A DNA stretch of 62,261 bases, filler included, from Piptocephalis cylindrospora (GCA_003614145.1; 5 parts of 5 records of this genome joined end to end with filler, not necessarily neighbours in it); one strand, 5' to 3'. Positions 39,651-53,567 are shown, counted from the first letter of the whole stretch. Notes: generated by a model not told the origin, from the sequence alone. A program made the numbers and translations.

Positions 39651-40637
39651 ATGCTGATTTCATCCTCGCTCTCCCCCTCTCTCCTATTCCTCCTCCTCTC
39701 CGCCTCCACCTCTGCCTTTATCAGAACCCCGAAATCTCCCCGCTCTTTTATCAAAACAGGCTCGGCTACCTGGTTTATTCCAGATGGTGTGAATGACTGC
39801 AGTGCTACCTTTGCTACTCACGAGGCGGTTGTCTCCATCCCTGAAACGTACTTCAATAACTTAGGGGATAAGTCTCCATGGTGTAATACCGTAGTGTGTC
39901 TCCGTAATCTTGATTCCCCAAAAAAGAGCGTCACTGCTCGTGTATTGGATTCTTTCAATGGGACAAATGACAATCTCGATATTACTCTAGGGGCCTTCCG
40001 TGCCTTGACAAACGATAAAGGAGTCGATGATGGCATTTTATCCCGTCTTTCCTGGACCCTTGGGAAATGCCCCGATTCACCATGGCGGCCCTTTGGAAAG
40101 CCTCAAAATGCCATTCTCCATCCCCCTCATCCCATTCATCGACCCACTCTTCCCGTCTCCCCTCAGAGACCCGTCGTTCCCATCATCCTACCCAACAGGA
40201 GTCCCATCAAGTCTATCAAGAAGATCGTTACGGTCAAGGTAGTCCGTAAGGTCAAATCCACTGGCAAAGGCCTTGCTCGTGGAAAGACTATGGGCGTTGT
40301 ACGCCTCTCCCCCTCGATATCCACATCTACCAAGCCCAAGTCGATCAACGTTGCGACAACTAAGGAAAAGACCGTCACGACCGCTGCCCATGCAAAGTCT
40401 ATCATTGCCACCGCAAAGGCAAAGCCCATCGCTGCCTCCAAAATAAAATCTACCATCAAGACCAAGACCCCCGATGCTAAAATCAAGATCAAGATTAAGT
40501 CCAAGAACCGGAAGGGTGACAAGTCCAAGTCCAAACACCGACGAAATGACAAGGACCGATCTTCTCGTCATGGTCATAGTCATGATCATCGTGGTCATCG
40601 TGGTCATCGTGGTCATCATGGTCGGCATTCTTCTTAG
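39651..40637 (+). CDS. Secreted RlpA-like DPBB (expansin/loosenin-like) protein with Pro-, Lys- and His-rich tail
   Basis: Signal peptide, GSATWF..C..VVSI..SPWC..KSVTARVLD..LDITLGAFRAL..DGIL..LSW, followed by a low-complexity basic tail. Confidence 0.85.
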   Translation: MLISSSLSPSLLFLLLSASTSAFIRTPKSPRSFIKTGSATWFIPDGVNDCSATFATHEAVVSIPETYFNNLGDKSPWCNTVVCLRNLDSPKKSVTARVLDSFNGTNDNLDITLGAFRALTNDKGVDDGILSRLSWTLGKCPDSPWRPFGKPQNAILHPPHPIHRPTLPVSPQRPVVPIILPNRSPIKSIKKIVTVKVVRKVKSTGKGLARGKTMGVVRLSPSISTSTKPKSINVATTKEKTVTTAAHAKSIIATAKAKPIAASKIKSTIKTKTPDAKIKIKIKSKNRKGDKSKSKHRRNDKDRSSRHGHSHDHRGHRGHRGHHGRHSS

Positions 40638-40841
40638 TCCCTAAGCATCCTCTCAGTGAATAAGAACCTCATCATTGTTTCTTGACTTTTTTGCTTTCCC
40701 TTTTTCTCCCTTTCTCCCCCTTTCGTGACTAATAACAGAATCAGCAAGTAACAACACAAATCCGACTAATCTATTCCATCTTGCACTTCTCCCAGACCCC
40801 TTCTTCCTCATCTAACCTAGATCCTTATCAAAAATTCCTCC

Positions 40842-42754
40842 TCATTTCCCCTCAATCTTGTTAGAGAGCTTGCGGAGCTTAGCCACAAAGAATCCATCCA
40901 TATTATGGGTATGGGGGTAGTACCGGCGGGTCATGCTCAGGGACCGAGGGAAGGTCTTACCCTGGTACGCTGTAAAGCCCGGGACTCCAAAGTCCAAGCC
41001 AGTCTCAACTAGCCGAACATTTGGCCGTTTCCGCAGAGCGTACGCCACTACCGCCTCATCCTCCTCTACGATCACTGAGCAGGTTGAATACACAAGGTAT
41101 CCTCCCGTCTTGCTCGTTGCATCCACCGAGTCAATGGCCGACAAGATCAGCTCTTTTTGGAGGTGCGACAGCATTTTAAAGTCTGCCTCCGTCTTGTTCA
41201 GCTTCACCGACGGATCCTTAGAGATGACTCCGGTCCCAGAGCAGGGTGCATCCAAGAGCACCCGATCAAAACCTCCAATCACCCCGGGGAACTCTCGACC
41301 ATCATAGTTGCACACCGTTGTGTTTTTCACTCCCAACCGGTGAATATTAGCGACCAGGGCCTTGCTACGATCCTTGCTCGCATCATTGGCAAACACACAG
41401 CCCGTATTCTTCAGTAATGCCGCAATGTGGGTTGTCTTACCACCGGGGGCAGCCGACATGTCCAAGACTCGCTCCTGTTCCTGGGGAGCAAGGGCCATGA
41501 CGGGGAGGAAGGAGGAGGCTGCCTGGATCATGTAGTGTCCAGCCAGGTACTCAGGCGTCGCTCCCACCGGGACGGGAGACTCAAAGATCTGCAGACCCAC
41601 TCGGCTCCACTTGCCAATAGGATCCAAGTTGACTCCACGTTGGATCAAAGCCTGGGCCAGATCACGACGGCGGGTCTTGAGTGTGTTGGTTCGGATCGTC
41701 ACGGGCCTGGGAACCTCGTTGGCCTCGAGGAATTCAACAATCTCTCCGACTGGGAAAAGATGGAACAGAAGCTCCATCAGGTATAGGCTGTATCCGTAAT
41801 ACGTTGCCAGATCCCGGACCAAAAGATCCACATAGTCGGATCGTGCCTTGGCCGGGTCCCGAAGACGGCGAAAGTCCGTGAGAACACGAATGACCTCTTG
41901 AATACGTGTTTGTACCCCCGGGAGATCCAAACCTCCGGTGGTAGCGGCTTCCTCATCGGCCTCAGCAGCCGTGGGGAAGGAGGGTCGATCAATGTTCTGG
42001 ATGTTGGTTTGCAGCTCGGCCTCGGCAGCCTCCTCTTCCATCTTTTGACGAGCGTCCAGCTTCTTGGACTTGGATTCCATGTCATCATCATCATCAGATA
42101 GATCCGAGTCTTCCAGTTCCTGGAGCTGTCCCTCATTCGTACCGTCATCTTCGTCATCATCCTCCTCCTCCTCCTCAAGATCGTCATCCTCCTGATCACT
42201 GGCCATCTCAGCCGCATCCCAGCCCATGTCCTCCTCGGATCCGTCGTCATTTCCATCAAAAAGCTGGCTTTGCTTGGCAGGTTTGAGCCAGTCAGCGTTA
42301 TCATCTGAAAACCCCTTGGCCTTTCCACTACCAGAGTGATAGGAGAGGAGGGCGTCAGTGAAATATCTTGGCGCATCCATTATCGTATTTTTCCACATCA
42401 TTCAAATAACACTTACTTTACGGGAGCCTCATCCTCCACATTTTCCTCATCCTCCATGAGCTCCTCATCCTCAACAGCCTCGGGTTTGGGAGCCTTGGCC
42501 TTCCGAGTACGCTTCCTCTTGGCCTTCACGGTTGTCACCTCACCACCCTCCTCCACCTCACGGACAGGAACAATCTCGACCTCATTGGCATCTCTTGCTG
42601 TCTTCTTCCGCTTCTTAGAGGTTGGACCCTCCCGACCGGGATCGGCCTTTCCACGTCGAACCGTCGACCGAGGCCTGTTCCTCTGGGGCTGTCCCTGAAC
42701 CCTTGCGGTGGGATCCGCGGGATCCTCCTGTTTATGCTTTGAGCGACGACCCAT
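40842..42754 (-). CDS. NOP2: 25S rRNA m5C methyltransferase Nop2, 2 exons
   Basis: MGRRSKHKQEDP start, RTNTLKTRRRDLAQALIQRGVNL, LDMSAAPGGKT, LDAPCSG, YSTCS, PHTHNMDGFFVAK. Confidence 0.97.
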
Positions 42755-43624
42755 GTTGGTGTTGAGTTTGGAGATGGGTTTGCAAGGGGGTAGGGAAGGG
42801 GGAGGAGAAAAAGAAGCAAGACAGCCAGGGATAGTGTCTGGTGGTTAGTCCTTCTCGTTGTTACCTGGAGAGATTGTCGCTCTGTAAGCGAGAGGGAGGG
42901 GGATGAGGGGGATGGGCAGTATCGTAAAGCGTGTGTGGCACACTCTCTACTTGGGCACGATTTCTGGCCAAAAGAAAAAAAAAGAAAAAAAACACTCATG
43001 ATCTATCAACCCAGCGGTTGGGCGTGATGGATAATAGTTCTACATTGTAGGCACCACACATTTCTGGAGGGACATTTTTACACAATTTAGCACACATCAT
43101 ATACCTTTTCCCCCCGGCCACCTCTTGGGCCTGTGTTCTCCCATAAGAAAATAAACGATTTTCAATAGTCAATTTGGCACAAACCCCACATCATCGGTTT
43201 GAATTAGGGAGCCCACAAGAGCTAGCCTAAAAATCATCAATTTAAAACGGAGCATTAAACCATGTACGCGTATTTATTGCATCATACAGGGGTTAAGTCG
43301 CATTGAAGTATGTAAGAGGTTTATTGTCCCAGTAGGTGATTAACCAAACTGGTGATCATTAGCAGGGTTTATGTATTTGGGGAGACCTCCTCGTCCCACC
43401 TCGAATGAATGTGGGGGCTTGACACGATGAACCGGATAAATCCAAGGAATATGCGCTGTAATACCAATCTAGGGATGCTTTCCCAGGAACCGCTCGTCCA
43501 GGTCTGCTTCCAAGGCATACTCCAACGTTTCCTTTTTCCAATCATTGCTTTGTGACACCTCTACTCCAAGCACCTGGTGTACAGCTACTTGATATTCCAA
43601 CACTTCGCTCCTTATTCCGTTCTC

Positions 43625-45661
43625 ATGCTTGCTCCTCTCTTTCGTGTCCACTTGAGGCGCAGAGGTCTGACCGTCCGCCCCATCCCCGTTCCCGTCTTTA
43701 GACGCTGGCTAGGGTCTGCATCGCCAACCTCCCCCGCCTTCGCTTTTGATATTGACGGAGTGTTACTTAAGGTAGGGGACTTGGACTAGGACCAAACGGC
43801 CTGTATTATTGCTGTTGTTACTGACCTTCAACCCCGCTATGCTGCATCCTTTTGATTTTAGGGAAAACGGGTGATTCCCCAGGCTAAACAGGCATTGATG
43901 CGCTTAACCGAGAGCTCTCCGTAAGTCTGGGTGATTCAGTGGTCTATCAACAAAAAATCAAAGCACACCGGTGCATATATCCTTATACTTTACTAGCCCT
44001 ATCCCGTACATTCTCTTGACGAATGGAGGAGGCATTACCGAGCAGAGGAAGGCAGAGCAATTGAGCGGTTTGTTAGACATCGAGGTAGGGAAGAATGGAA
44101 GCGGCGGGTTTCTTGTGGAATATTTTCTCATCAATGCTATCACACACTCCATTTGACCTAGATTCTCCCATCTCAAGTGATTCAAGGACATTCGCCTATG
44201 CAATCCCTTGTTTCTCAATATGGGAACAAAGGGGTCTTGGTTGTTGGAGGGGATGGGCGAGAGACTCAGAATGTGGCCAAAACGTACGTTGTGAATGCGT
44301 AACTGGCCAAGAAAGCATGGTGCACCTATATACATTGCTAATCTCCCGAGCAGGTATGGATTTCATCGAACCCTCATCCCTGAAGATCTGCATCGATGGG
44401 AGCCATCCATTTGGCCATTTAAGCGCACGCCAACCGCAGCAGAGGATGAGAGAGTAAGTTATAATGTAGGGGTTAGGGTTAGTATTGAGCTATTGTGGGG
44501 ATGGTGGCCCTAACTGTCCTTTTCCGACGTAGCTATCCGACTTTGACCCAGCAAGGGACGCAGTGGCATCCATCATGGTTTTTCATGATAGCAGGGACTG
44601 TAAGTGATCTGGAACTCAAATGGAGTATAGCATAGCTAACAAGGGGGGGGTTTCCATTCCTCTTTTTACATCATAATATTTACGGAATTGTTGGTCATTG
44701 ATGTTACTAATATCTTGTTCCAGGGGGAACGGATATTCAGGTGTGCTTAGATGTTCTAACGGCCAAGGGAGGACGAGTGGTCGGGGACCGGTGGGAGAGC
44801 GGGTTGACCCAGCAAGTTCCCATCTACTTTGCCGCACATGACCTAGTAAGCACTGATCTTGACATTTCAAAGTCCGGAGGACCTGGGGAACACAATGGAA
44901 CTTGGGGGGAATGAATTATGGAATTCTGACAGTAATTTCCCTGTCAAGGTATGGAGTAATGAGTTCCCTAGCCCTCGATTGGGTCAAGGTGGCTTCAAAG
45001 TGGCCTTGGAGACTTTGTATTCGGTAAGTGCGTCCGTTGAATTCTCCATGGATGTTCTCCAGGAATAAGGGAGAGCACTTGTAGCGAGGGGAAGCTAAAG
45101 TACTGATCAATCGTCCCTTCCTTCTCACGAGTAGAGTCTGACAGGATCCGAGTTGAAGTGTACGGTTTATGGAAAGCCCAATCGGGTGACCTATGAATTT
45201 GCGGAAAAGGTCTTGCATGCTGAGGCCAGGCGGCTAGGCCTCCCTGATCAACCCTTGCATGTCCATGGTACGTCATTTTGAAATGTAATGAGATATGGGT
45301 AATTAAATAGGGCGTAGGAATGTGCGTATGCCCTCTATGTATCCTGGATGTGACTTGTCGTTTCATCACAATACTGTTACTTATCTCTATTATTTGCTCA
45401 TAAAGCTGTCGGAGACAACCCAAACTCTGGTGGGTATTAAACGAGAAATACGTGTTGCGCCACCACTCACCACTAAAATATCTCTCATCTTTTCCAATAG
45501 ATATTGCTGGGGCAAAGGCCTTTGGATGGGAGTCGTATTTAGTGCGTACTGGCATCTTCAAGGGACCACCCGGAGAGAATGATCCGAATCACCCAGCCGA
45601 TCATGTGGTAGAGCATGTGGATGAGGCCGTTCTTCAAGTTTTATCACGCCCAAAGCCTTGA
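43625..45661 (+). CDS. HAD-superfamily IIA hydrolase, HDHD5/CECR5-like, many exons, likely mitochondrial
   Basis: Arg-rich presequence, FAFDIDGVL, LLTNGGG, HDSRDWGTDIQ, PRLGQG, YGKP, VGDNPNSDIAGA. Confidence 0.92.
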
Positions 45662-46080
45662 GAACGAATAATGAGTTAGATGGACTTTAGTAAAGGAAAA
45701 CGGGATTAATGGGGAAGCGATAGATTGGATTTCTTGGTAGGGATGAATACACAGAGATCGGTCAAGGAAAAGATGCATTCAGTAGATTATCATATCAAGT
45801 CGCAGTTTCACTTATAAGATCTTTGTATAGGGTGCACGTCGGGGACCTAGTCCCTGGTACCACGCATGCCGACCCTTGGATGGGTACTGTGTTCGGACAT
45901 TCTTATTGCCTGCCCCACTTGGGGAGAATAGAACGGTTTTATCATCATCATCATTATAAGACCTTTCCATTCAGGATGCAATTCACTTTTCCCTTGTATT
46001 TCCTTTGCCTACCAAATCAAAGCGTAAAGATATATCCCTTTTCGTCCCACTCCTACCTCACCCACATATCCCTATCTCTC

Positions 46081-49000
46081 TTATAGATAGAGTGAGGAGG
46101 CGAAGATAATGTCACGTTTGATACGGACGATACCATCAGCAAATTTTCCCTCTAGTTCCACGTTCCCAATAGCCTTGGAGGCGGCGGCCATCTGACGAAG
46201 GAGTTCTTCAAGCATGCGGAAGGCCCTGATCAGGGACCCCTCAAAAATATCGGTCATCCGGCAGATCTGAGCAAAGGTCGCACCCTTGACCCAGGCGTCC
46301 ACGACATCCATGAGGCCCGATTGAAAGCTTGAAACGTATTCCTCTTCATCCAATTCAATCTTGCATTCTCTAGACACTTTGGCAATTTTTCTGGCCATAG
46401 TCTGAAGGGTTTTGAGGGGTCCCTCGAGTTCTGCCTTTAGGGCAACCTCCTGCTCCACACGCTCCGTGAAGACAAAGCAGGAGAGGAGGGCGACAATTTG
46501 ACTAATTGATAAGTCATTAAAGACACCATGGAAAATCATTTCGGTAAGAAGAAGAGGATCACCCGAGGAGATCTCACAGGCAACGCGACCCTTGGTGTCA
46601 ACCACATCGGCTTGTGTAGTGAAGCCAAGTCGACGAAGGACACGCTTTCTGTTCCGAAGCTCCTCTCTCGATAGGACTGACACAGCGGTGGTGACTTGCT
46701 TTTTGATTCCCTTAATCTGATCCTCAATGTCTCGCTTCCTCTGGTAAGAATCGTACAGCTCGGGGAGCTCGGGATCCGTGGTAATCTTGTTTAACTTCAT
46801 CTTGGCCTCAAGCAACGAGATTTTCTACGAAAGTGGAAGGGTGAGATGCGGGAGAGGGAGATATATAGTGGCTTTACTCCCTCTGACTTATGCTCTTTCT
46901 TTCAAGGTAAACCCTACTCCCTTTGCCCCTCACTCTATATCCAATCCTTACCTCAAGGAGAGTGGAAAAGGAGGCGCTCTCGATTCGTAAATCCTTCAAC
47001 GGATCCAGGAGGGGAACCTTGGTCTGATATCGCTTCTTCACTTCCTCCAAGGATCTTCGTACTTGACCCTTACCTTGCACATTAGATAGGTCTTTGGGGA
47101 GGTAGATTCGAAGCGTACTGACCCCATTTAATGCAGTGATCGGAAGAGGGACGACCTAGAAAAGCAATAAAATATTTTAGTCACCGTGGGGGAGATGGGT
47201 AGGAAGATAGATGCCATTTCTTCTTCTCGTTTTTAATGGGGCTTACCTTGACTTGTCCTTGCTGGCCCGGAAGGCATGGGAGAGGAGACTTGGACTTGCT
47301 ATCCTTCTCATTTCCTTCCTGGTCAAGACACCATAAAGCCACATCGACAATGTACTCCGGTTCAGCTTCTACGCTCTTGTTAGGCTTGCCCTTGGCTCCC
47401 CACTTGCCCTTATTGACCGGTTCACGGACCTTTTGGAGATTTACCACGGATCCCCAACCAAAATCTCGATCATTCCCATCCTCGCCGCCATCCACTTCCA
47501 CCTTAACCATCCTTCCAGGCTGCAAGAAGGGGAGGACATATCGGGGGGAGTGAACTATCCGTCGTACATCTCCTCCCAGGGTATCTAGCTGGGCCCTTAG
47601 ATCCCAGTACTCTCGGATCTCCTTTTCCCTAGGAATGATCAGGGCATCCTTCTCCTCCTCAAGGGCCTTGAGATTTCCTTGCAGCTCAGGTAAGGCTGAG
47701 GAATTCTGGAACTGCTTGAAACATCTTTCGAGGATGTACTCTGGGCTGATGCCCTCAACACGAAGCAGGTTGAGAATCATGTTGTAAGAAAGGTGAAAGG
47801 CCGAGTTGAGTCGATCAGCCTGTCCTTTGACCATACCCTTAGCCACAGCCGGTTCCATGTTCTCATCCAGCATGAGGATGACAATACCTCGGTCATCGAG
47901 ACCACGACGACCGGCGCGACCACTCATCTGGATGTACTCGCCAGACGAAACCCATCGAGTATCGGTGCCGTCAAATTTACGTACACTAGTAAAAACGACA
48001 GTACGGGCAGGCATGTTCAAGCCGATGGAAAAGGTTTCCGTGGCAAAGAGAACCTTGATGAGGCCCTCCTGAAAGAGAATTTCCACCACCTCCTTCAACA
48101 GAGGAAGGAGTCCAGAGTGATGGATACCAATACCACGACGAAGTAAAGGAAGGAGGTGCTGGATCTGGGGAAGATCTCGGTCTTCCTTGGAGATGTGGGC
48201 CATGGCATTATCAAAAACTAGGCCAATCATAGCCCGTTCGTCCTCATCGTTAAAGTCCATCTTGGACATTTGCATGGCTAGGGCCTCACACTCACGCTTG
48301 GAGAAGGAGAAAACAATGACGGGGTGATAGGACTTGAGCATGATCATCTTGATGATTTTATAGATATCGGAAGGGCCATCATTTCCCTTGCCCTTTCGAC
48401 CGGCCACCTTGGCACCTCCTCGGACAGTCTTACCGCTACCACCGGCATCAGCCTCGGCCTCAAGATTCTCTCGGCGCTCGGCCAGGGACCGGACGGCACG
48501 TTGAAAATTTTCCTCCCGAAACTGGCTCTTCTCATCAACGACAAGATGAATGCCATCCCCTCCAGCCGGAAACAGATAATGTTGGAGGGGAGTGGGACGA
48601 AAGTCGGTATAGACGACATGACAGGGCTGGGCCTGGATACGGCAGATCCACTGGGCAAACTGCAAGGCATTGGGGATGGTGGCGGAGAGGAAGACGTATC
48701 GGACTTGTCTAGGCAGAAGGATAAGTGTCTCCTCCCACACAACACCTCGCTCCTTATCACGCATGTAATGAATCTCGTCGTACACAACCCACGCCACTTC
48801 TCGGGTCATCTCGGAACCACGGTAAAGCATAGATCGAAGAATTTCAGTGGTCATGACAAGGCAGGAGGCTTCGGGGCGAATGGTGATATCTCCAGTCATG
48901 AGGCCCACATCACCGAACTCAGCCTCAAGTTCCCGGTACTTTTGATTAGAGAGGGCCTTGATGGGTGAAGTGTAAATGACACGCTGCTTGGCACGAAGGG

Positions 49001-49586
49001 ACTGGGCAATGGCGTATTCGGCCACCACAGTCTTTCCTGCCGAGGTATGAGCAGAAACGAGGACAGATTCGTTCCGTTCGATCGCGGCCACGGACATGCT
49101 CTGGAAGGGATCCAGGGTAAAGGGGTACGTCCTAGCGGGTTCGGCGGGTGGAACGTGTTGGGAAAGCGGGATATAGTCATAATCCGGGGGAATAGCTACC
49201 TCGTGACGGATCTGATGACTGAGCTTGACCAGGTCGGTGTTTTCGGTAGTGGAAGTTTCCTTGTCTCCAGGCTTTGTAGTCGAGGCGGCGGCCTTGGGGC
49301 GTTCAAGGCCTGGAGCGGTCGGAACTTGCCGAGAGGCTTCCTCCTCAAAGCTATCGGCGACCATGACGGCCGTCGAATTATTTGGCAAAGGCTGTGGCTC
49401 GATCCGTACGCGCTTTTCCTTCCTAGAGCCTGCTTGACTAGGCCGCTTGGTCTGATCCGTAGGGACCTGGGCAGGGCGGCTTTGCTCCTTTCTAGTGGGG
49501 ATGAACTCGCTCTTTGAGGTCCCTTCTGACTTGGAGACATCTTGGCCTGTTAATGCGGCGAAAAGATCATCTGGGTCACCGGCCAT
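46081..49586 (-). CDS. MTR4: Ski2-like RNA helicase Mtr4, 3 exons
   Basis: [53 protein letters not shown], arch/KOW region, C-terminal [12 protein letters not shown]. Confidence 0.97.
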
Positions 49587-49884
49587 GGCTGAGGAGTTGA
49601 TGAGATGAAGGGATGGATGGGGGAGGGAGAAGGAGATGAAAGGAAAAGTCTACTTGGATGGGTGCTGCACAACGGGTCTTGTTGGAGGTGGGCGCGTTGT
49701 TTTTTTCGGACGGTTGTCTTACAAAGCCTGTGGCTCTGGTTTGTAGATGACACCAACGGAGTCGGTATTTGGCCTGCATGAGTAAATTGGTCATATTTAT
49801 AGCGAATCTCTTTCATTTTTCAACGCTGGTGTGGGGCAATTGATGCCCGCACAGCGGAAGAGCGGTGTCTTCCGGAAGGTGTAA

Positions 49885-49984
49885 NNNNNNNNNNNNNNNN
49901 NNNNNNNNNNNNNNNNNNNNNNNNNNNNTTAATTAATTAANNNNNNNNNNNNNNNNNNNNNNNNNNNNNNNNNNNNNNNNNNNN
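49885..49984. other. Artificial contig spacer
   Basis: N44-TTAATTAATTAA-N44. Confidence 0.99.
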
Positions 49985-51675
49985 GTCGGGATATTGATGG
50001 GAATAAATGGGCAGATGAATCAAGAGTGTTGGGTTTATCTTGGGTATTCCTTCTTTGAATATTGTGAATCATTCATCTGACCAAGCGAGATCTTATTTTG
50101 AAGGACGTGTGATCTTTGCTTGGGTTTTTTGGGAGTACGACTGTTCACGATGCAATGAATAGGATCCATGCAGGGCAGGTGAGAGCGAATCTGATGAGCG
50201 GTTGACTGCTCATGCAGTGCATGGAGGTGACATGCCAAAGATATGTCCATATCATAATCCAGCATATCTTTTCTATCTCTAGCTCATACGAGCATCTTTG
50301 TCCGCGCTGTATCCCAGCGTTACTCCCGTTGATCTAAGTCATTCTTTGACTGACAACATAGATTAAAAATAGTCAATGACTTAGTGTGATAAGCATCTGC
50401 TGTCTCAAGCGCTAATAAACCATTTTGCCTTCCTTCTGCGGGGCCGGCCGATGGATACTTGGATGCAGTCCCGGTTTAGATGACCAGCATGGATGATACC
50501 AAAGTATTAAAATTCAATGTGTGTCGTGTGCAGAATGACTCATGTTTGCCATTCCAAGTTTACATGAATGCGGTTTGCATTCGACGATTTCATAACCGTC
50601 TCAATTCTCAGCTATGCGGCCTAGGACAAGTTTAACCGGTCATCCCTAGAACCCATGAGGCCATTTCGAACTGGAGCATGACAGTAGACACTGCCGACAA
50701 ATTCAACCGGATATTGACCAGCCCAAGCCAACGAGGATATAGGCTTAAACTGCAAGTGCTTTGTTGGCATGACTAGTAAAGTATAGTTCAATCTACTCAT
50801 CTGAAATACAAAGACTACTAGCAGCGCCATATCTACCAATGGCCATTCTAGAACAAAAGAATCGCAGCACGATGCCTTGAGGAGTCTCTCATGACGGTAA
50901 TCATCAAAAACCTTATGTGCCTCCTAGGTCAGGGGAGATGCATCTTGTTGACCACGAGTAAAGGACTTGGAATGGTCCTTCTAATCAATATTTCCTATGG
51001 AAGAATGAATGGACGAAGATCACATGCTGGGTGGGTGTTTCGTTGCACTAGGACGATGAGCGCTCTGTACCGGGTGAACCCTGGTCATTTACTCTTGCAT
51101 ACACCCAAGTCCCAGCTCGTTGTCCCACCTCATCGACCTTGCGTCATCTACCGTACTTGCTGAAGGAAAGTGTGGGGAGAAAGAGGGAGGGATGATCTTC
51201 CGACCCCTATCCATTCAGCGATACTTACCATACCAACCTAGGCCTATATTAAAGACAGGCACCTCTTATGCGTGGGCCCATAACCTGCGTCGGCGGACTG
51301 AAGAGATTGACGAATTGGTGTGCATAAAGCAATTGGGAGTCCTGGGAGAACTTGGGTGATACAGGGTCATGGGGGAGTACATGGAGTTCCATTGGCGAGC
51401 TCTCTCAGCAGACCCAAAGAGTAAAGGCCACGGACATCAGCAAAGGATTTTGCCCATTGGGAAGGTGATGCCCTGCATTGGCGTTCCCTGAAGCGATCAT
51501 CCACAGGCGTCTCTCAGTAAGGAACGGGAGGGTCCTTCTCCATAGGGATGAGATGCATCTCCCCTTAAGATATATATAAGAGGGATGGATGATGGAGGAA
51601 GTAGGCTGGCTGAGTAGACCTAGAGTGCATTGCTCCCCATTCACCTTTCCCAACCACAAAACGTCCCAACCACAC

Positions 51676-51765
51676 CTCATCCCATCCCATCCCATCTCAC
51701 CTCATCTCACCCCATCCCATCCCATCCCATCTCACCTCATCTCATATCATATCATCCCATCCCAT
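51676..51765 (+). repeat. Degenerate pentanucleotide microsatellite (CCCAT/CTCAC/ATCAT)
   Basis: About 18 five-bp units just upstream of the F-box gene. Confidence 0.85.
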
Positions 51766-51807
51766 TCTTTTCCTCCATATTCTTTATAAACGACTCCTTA
51801 TACTATA

Positions 51808-53567
51808 ATGGTTACCGCCGCTACGACGATACAGGACGCTCCCAATGATTCCACCTACTCGAGAGGAACAATCAAGTACATCCATAAAAAGTCAAAGTAA
51901 GTGTTCAATTTAAACATTGCATTCCATCATTCACCCCACTCACTCTTGAATTATTCACTTTAACCAATAGAAGTCATGTGGAGCGTCCCATTCGAATGGA
52001 TGCCCTTCAGTGCTTACCTATGGATATTACCCTTCGGATCCTAGGCTACTTGGATTATGCTTCACTGGCCAGGGCACGACAAGTCTGTCGGGGATGGGAG
52101 AGACTCGTTACCCACCCATCTGCCCTCCTTCCGTGTCTTTTTGCCCTACAGGGCCCAGCAAGTGCTCGCTCCTGCCTTAATCAGCGCCGAGATGGAATGT
52201 GGAGGGAGTTATCAAGGACGGTGGAGAGGGAACAGAGGCTGGACCGAGGGCTTCCCCACTCTTGGATGACTCTCGAGGATGAACGGAGGGAAATTTGGTG
52301 GAGGGCGCAGGGAGGATCTAGCCCTGCTCCACAGCCTCGGCAGTTCACTACAACCAAGGATTGCATACTCACTGGTATGCCGGGTATCGGAGTAGAGGTG
52401 TGGAGGTGGATGAAGGATGAGGGAGGAAAGGGAGGTCGGATATGTTGGCAGGGGCTGTGCCCCACCTCTCTTGATCTGGATCGGGTACGGGCATGTACTG
52501 AAGGGAGCCGATTGGCCGTCATTGGGGATCATGGAAACCTCGTCATTTGGGATTTAGCTTCTCCAGAATCAACTTATCCTGATGAGGAAGAGTTGCATGA
52601 ATCATGTGCGTCAAGGAAAAGGAAGCGAAGACAGGAGAAGCTGACAAAGAGCCATTCAGATGTCCCTAGGGCCTCAGCCGATCCTCATCCCTTCCGTAAG
52701 ATCCTGGAAATACCATGTGATATCGCCAAGGGAGTAGAATACCCGATATCCCTGAGGGAAACGGCACTCTTGACCCTTCGGGAAAAACAATATCTCACCC
52801 TTTGGTCCATCCAGGATGGTGGGAGCAAGCGTATCTGGTCAATCAAAGGAAGCTTCGATGAGCATGCTAATGCGCTCCTTATCCCTTTACACATGCCAGC
52901 GTCTCGATCTATCAGGGTGAGTAGGGGAGGTGGATCATACAGACCGTCCTTGAAGCATTCCATCGGTCAAGTCCTTGTCCATGCACAGCCCAACACAGTC
53001 CACATCTACCAGGGGCTGACAGGAGAAGCATTACAGGTCTTACGACTTGGAAGTACTCCCCATTCCCTTTACCACTCACACAGGGATGCAACCTTAACTC
53101 ACCGGCGTCTTTCGTGGTATTTGGGAAAAGAAGGTGAGGAAGTACGGATCCGAGGAGGTCAGGATAACTACACCATTCATCGGGACTCCTCCTCGGAAAA
53201 GGCTCACTGGTTTCAAGTACCAGCAGAAATGATACAACCCACTGGGTGGGCCAAGATGTATCCTGGGCACGGGAGCAAGGAAAGGGATGTTGTCTTTACT
53301 TCTGCCAATGATCAGCTTCCCGGGGTCTTGGCCATCCGCCGACGCCATCCTCCTTGCGTTTATGAGGTTATGGGGCCTATAAGTCATGACATTCTCCCGG
53401 ATATGGATGCTCCCTGGTGTCCCATGGACCTTGCGGTGAGTCAGCACCTGTACAATCGGCATGCTCAGCCGGTCCTTCAAGGAGATCATCTGATCATCCG
53501 AAACATCAAGTCCCAAATTCTTGTATTTTCCTTTCACCCGGATAAAGGTCTACCCACCCGGGTCTAA
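51808..53567 (+). CDS. F-box protein with probable divergent beta-propeller C-terminus, 2 exons
   Basis: LPMDITLRILGYLDYASLARARQVCRGW F-box and WD-like strands (GNLVIWDL, LTLWSI). Short first exon from ATG 51808 is tentative. Confidence 0.85.

Noticed and set aside
43974..43990. ATATCCTT resembling a U12 5' splice site
   Set aside because: It lies near the 3' end of an ordinary GT-AG intron whose flanking exons already join in frame.
40842..49586. NOP2 and MTR4 (plus DBP4) as an rRNA-processing cluster
   Set aside because: An unrelated gene lies between them and DBP4 is on another contig; compatible with chance.
49985..50060. DIDGNKWADE peptide resembling the RNase H GNExAD motif
   Set aside because: Too short, closed by a nearby stop, and no other retroelement motifs follow.
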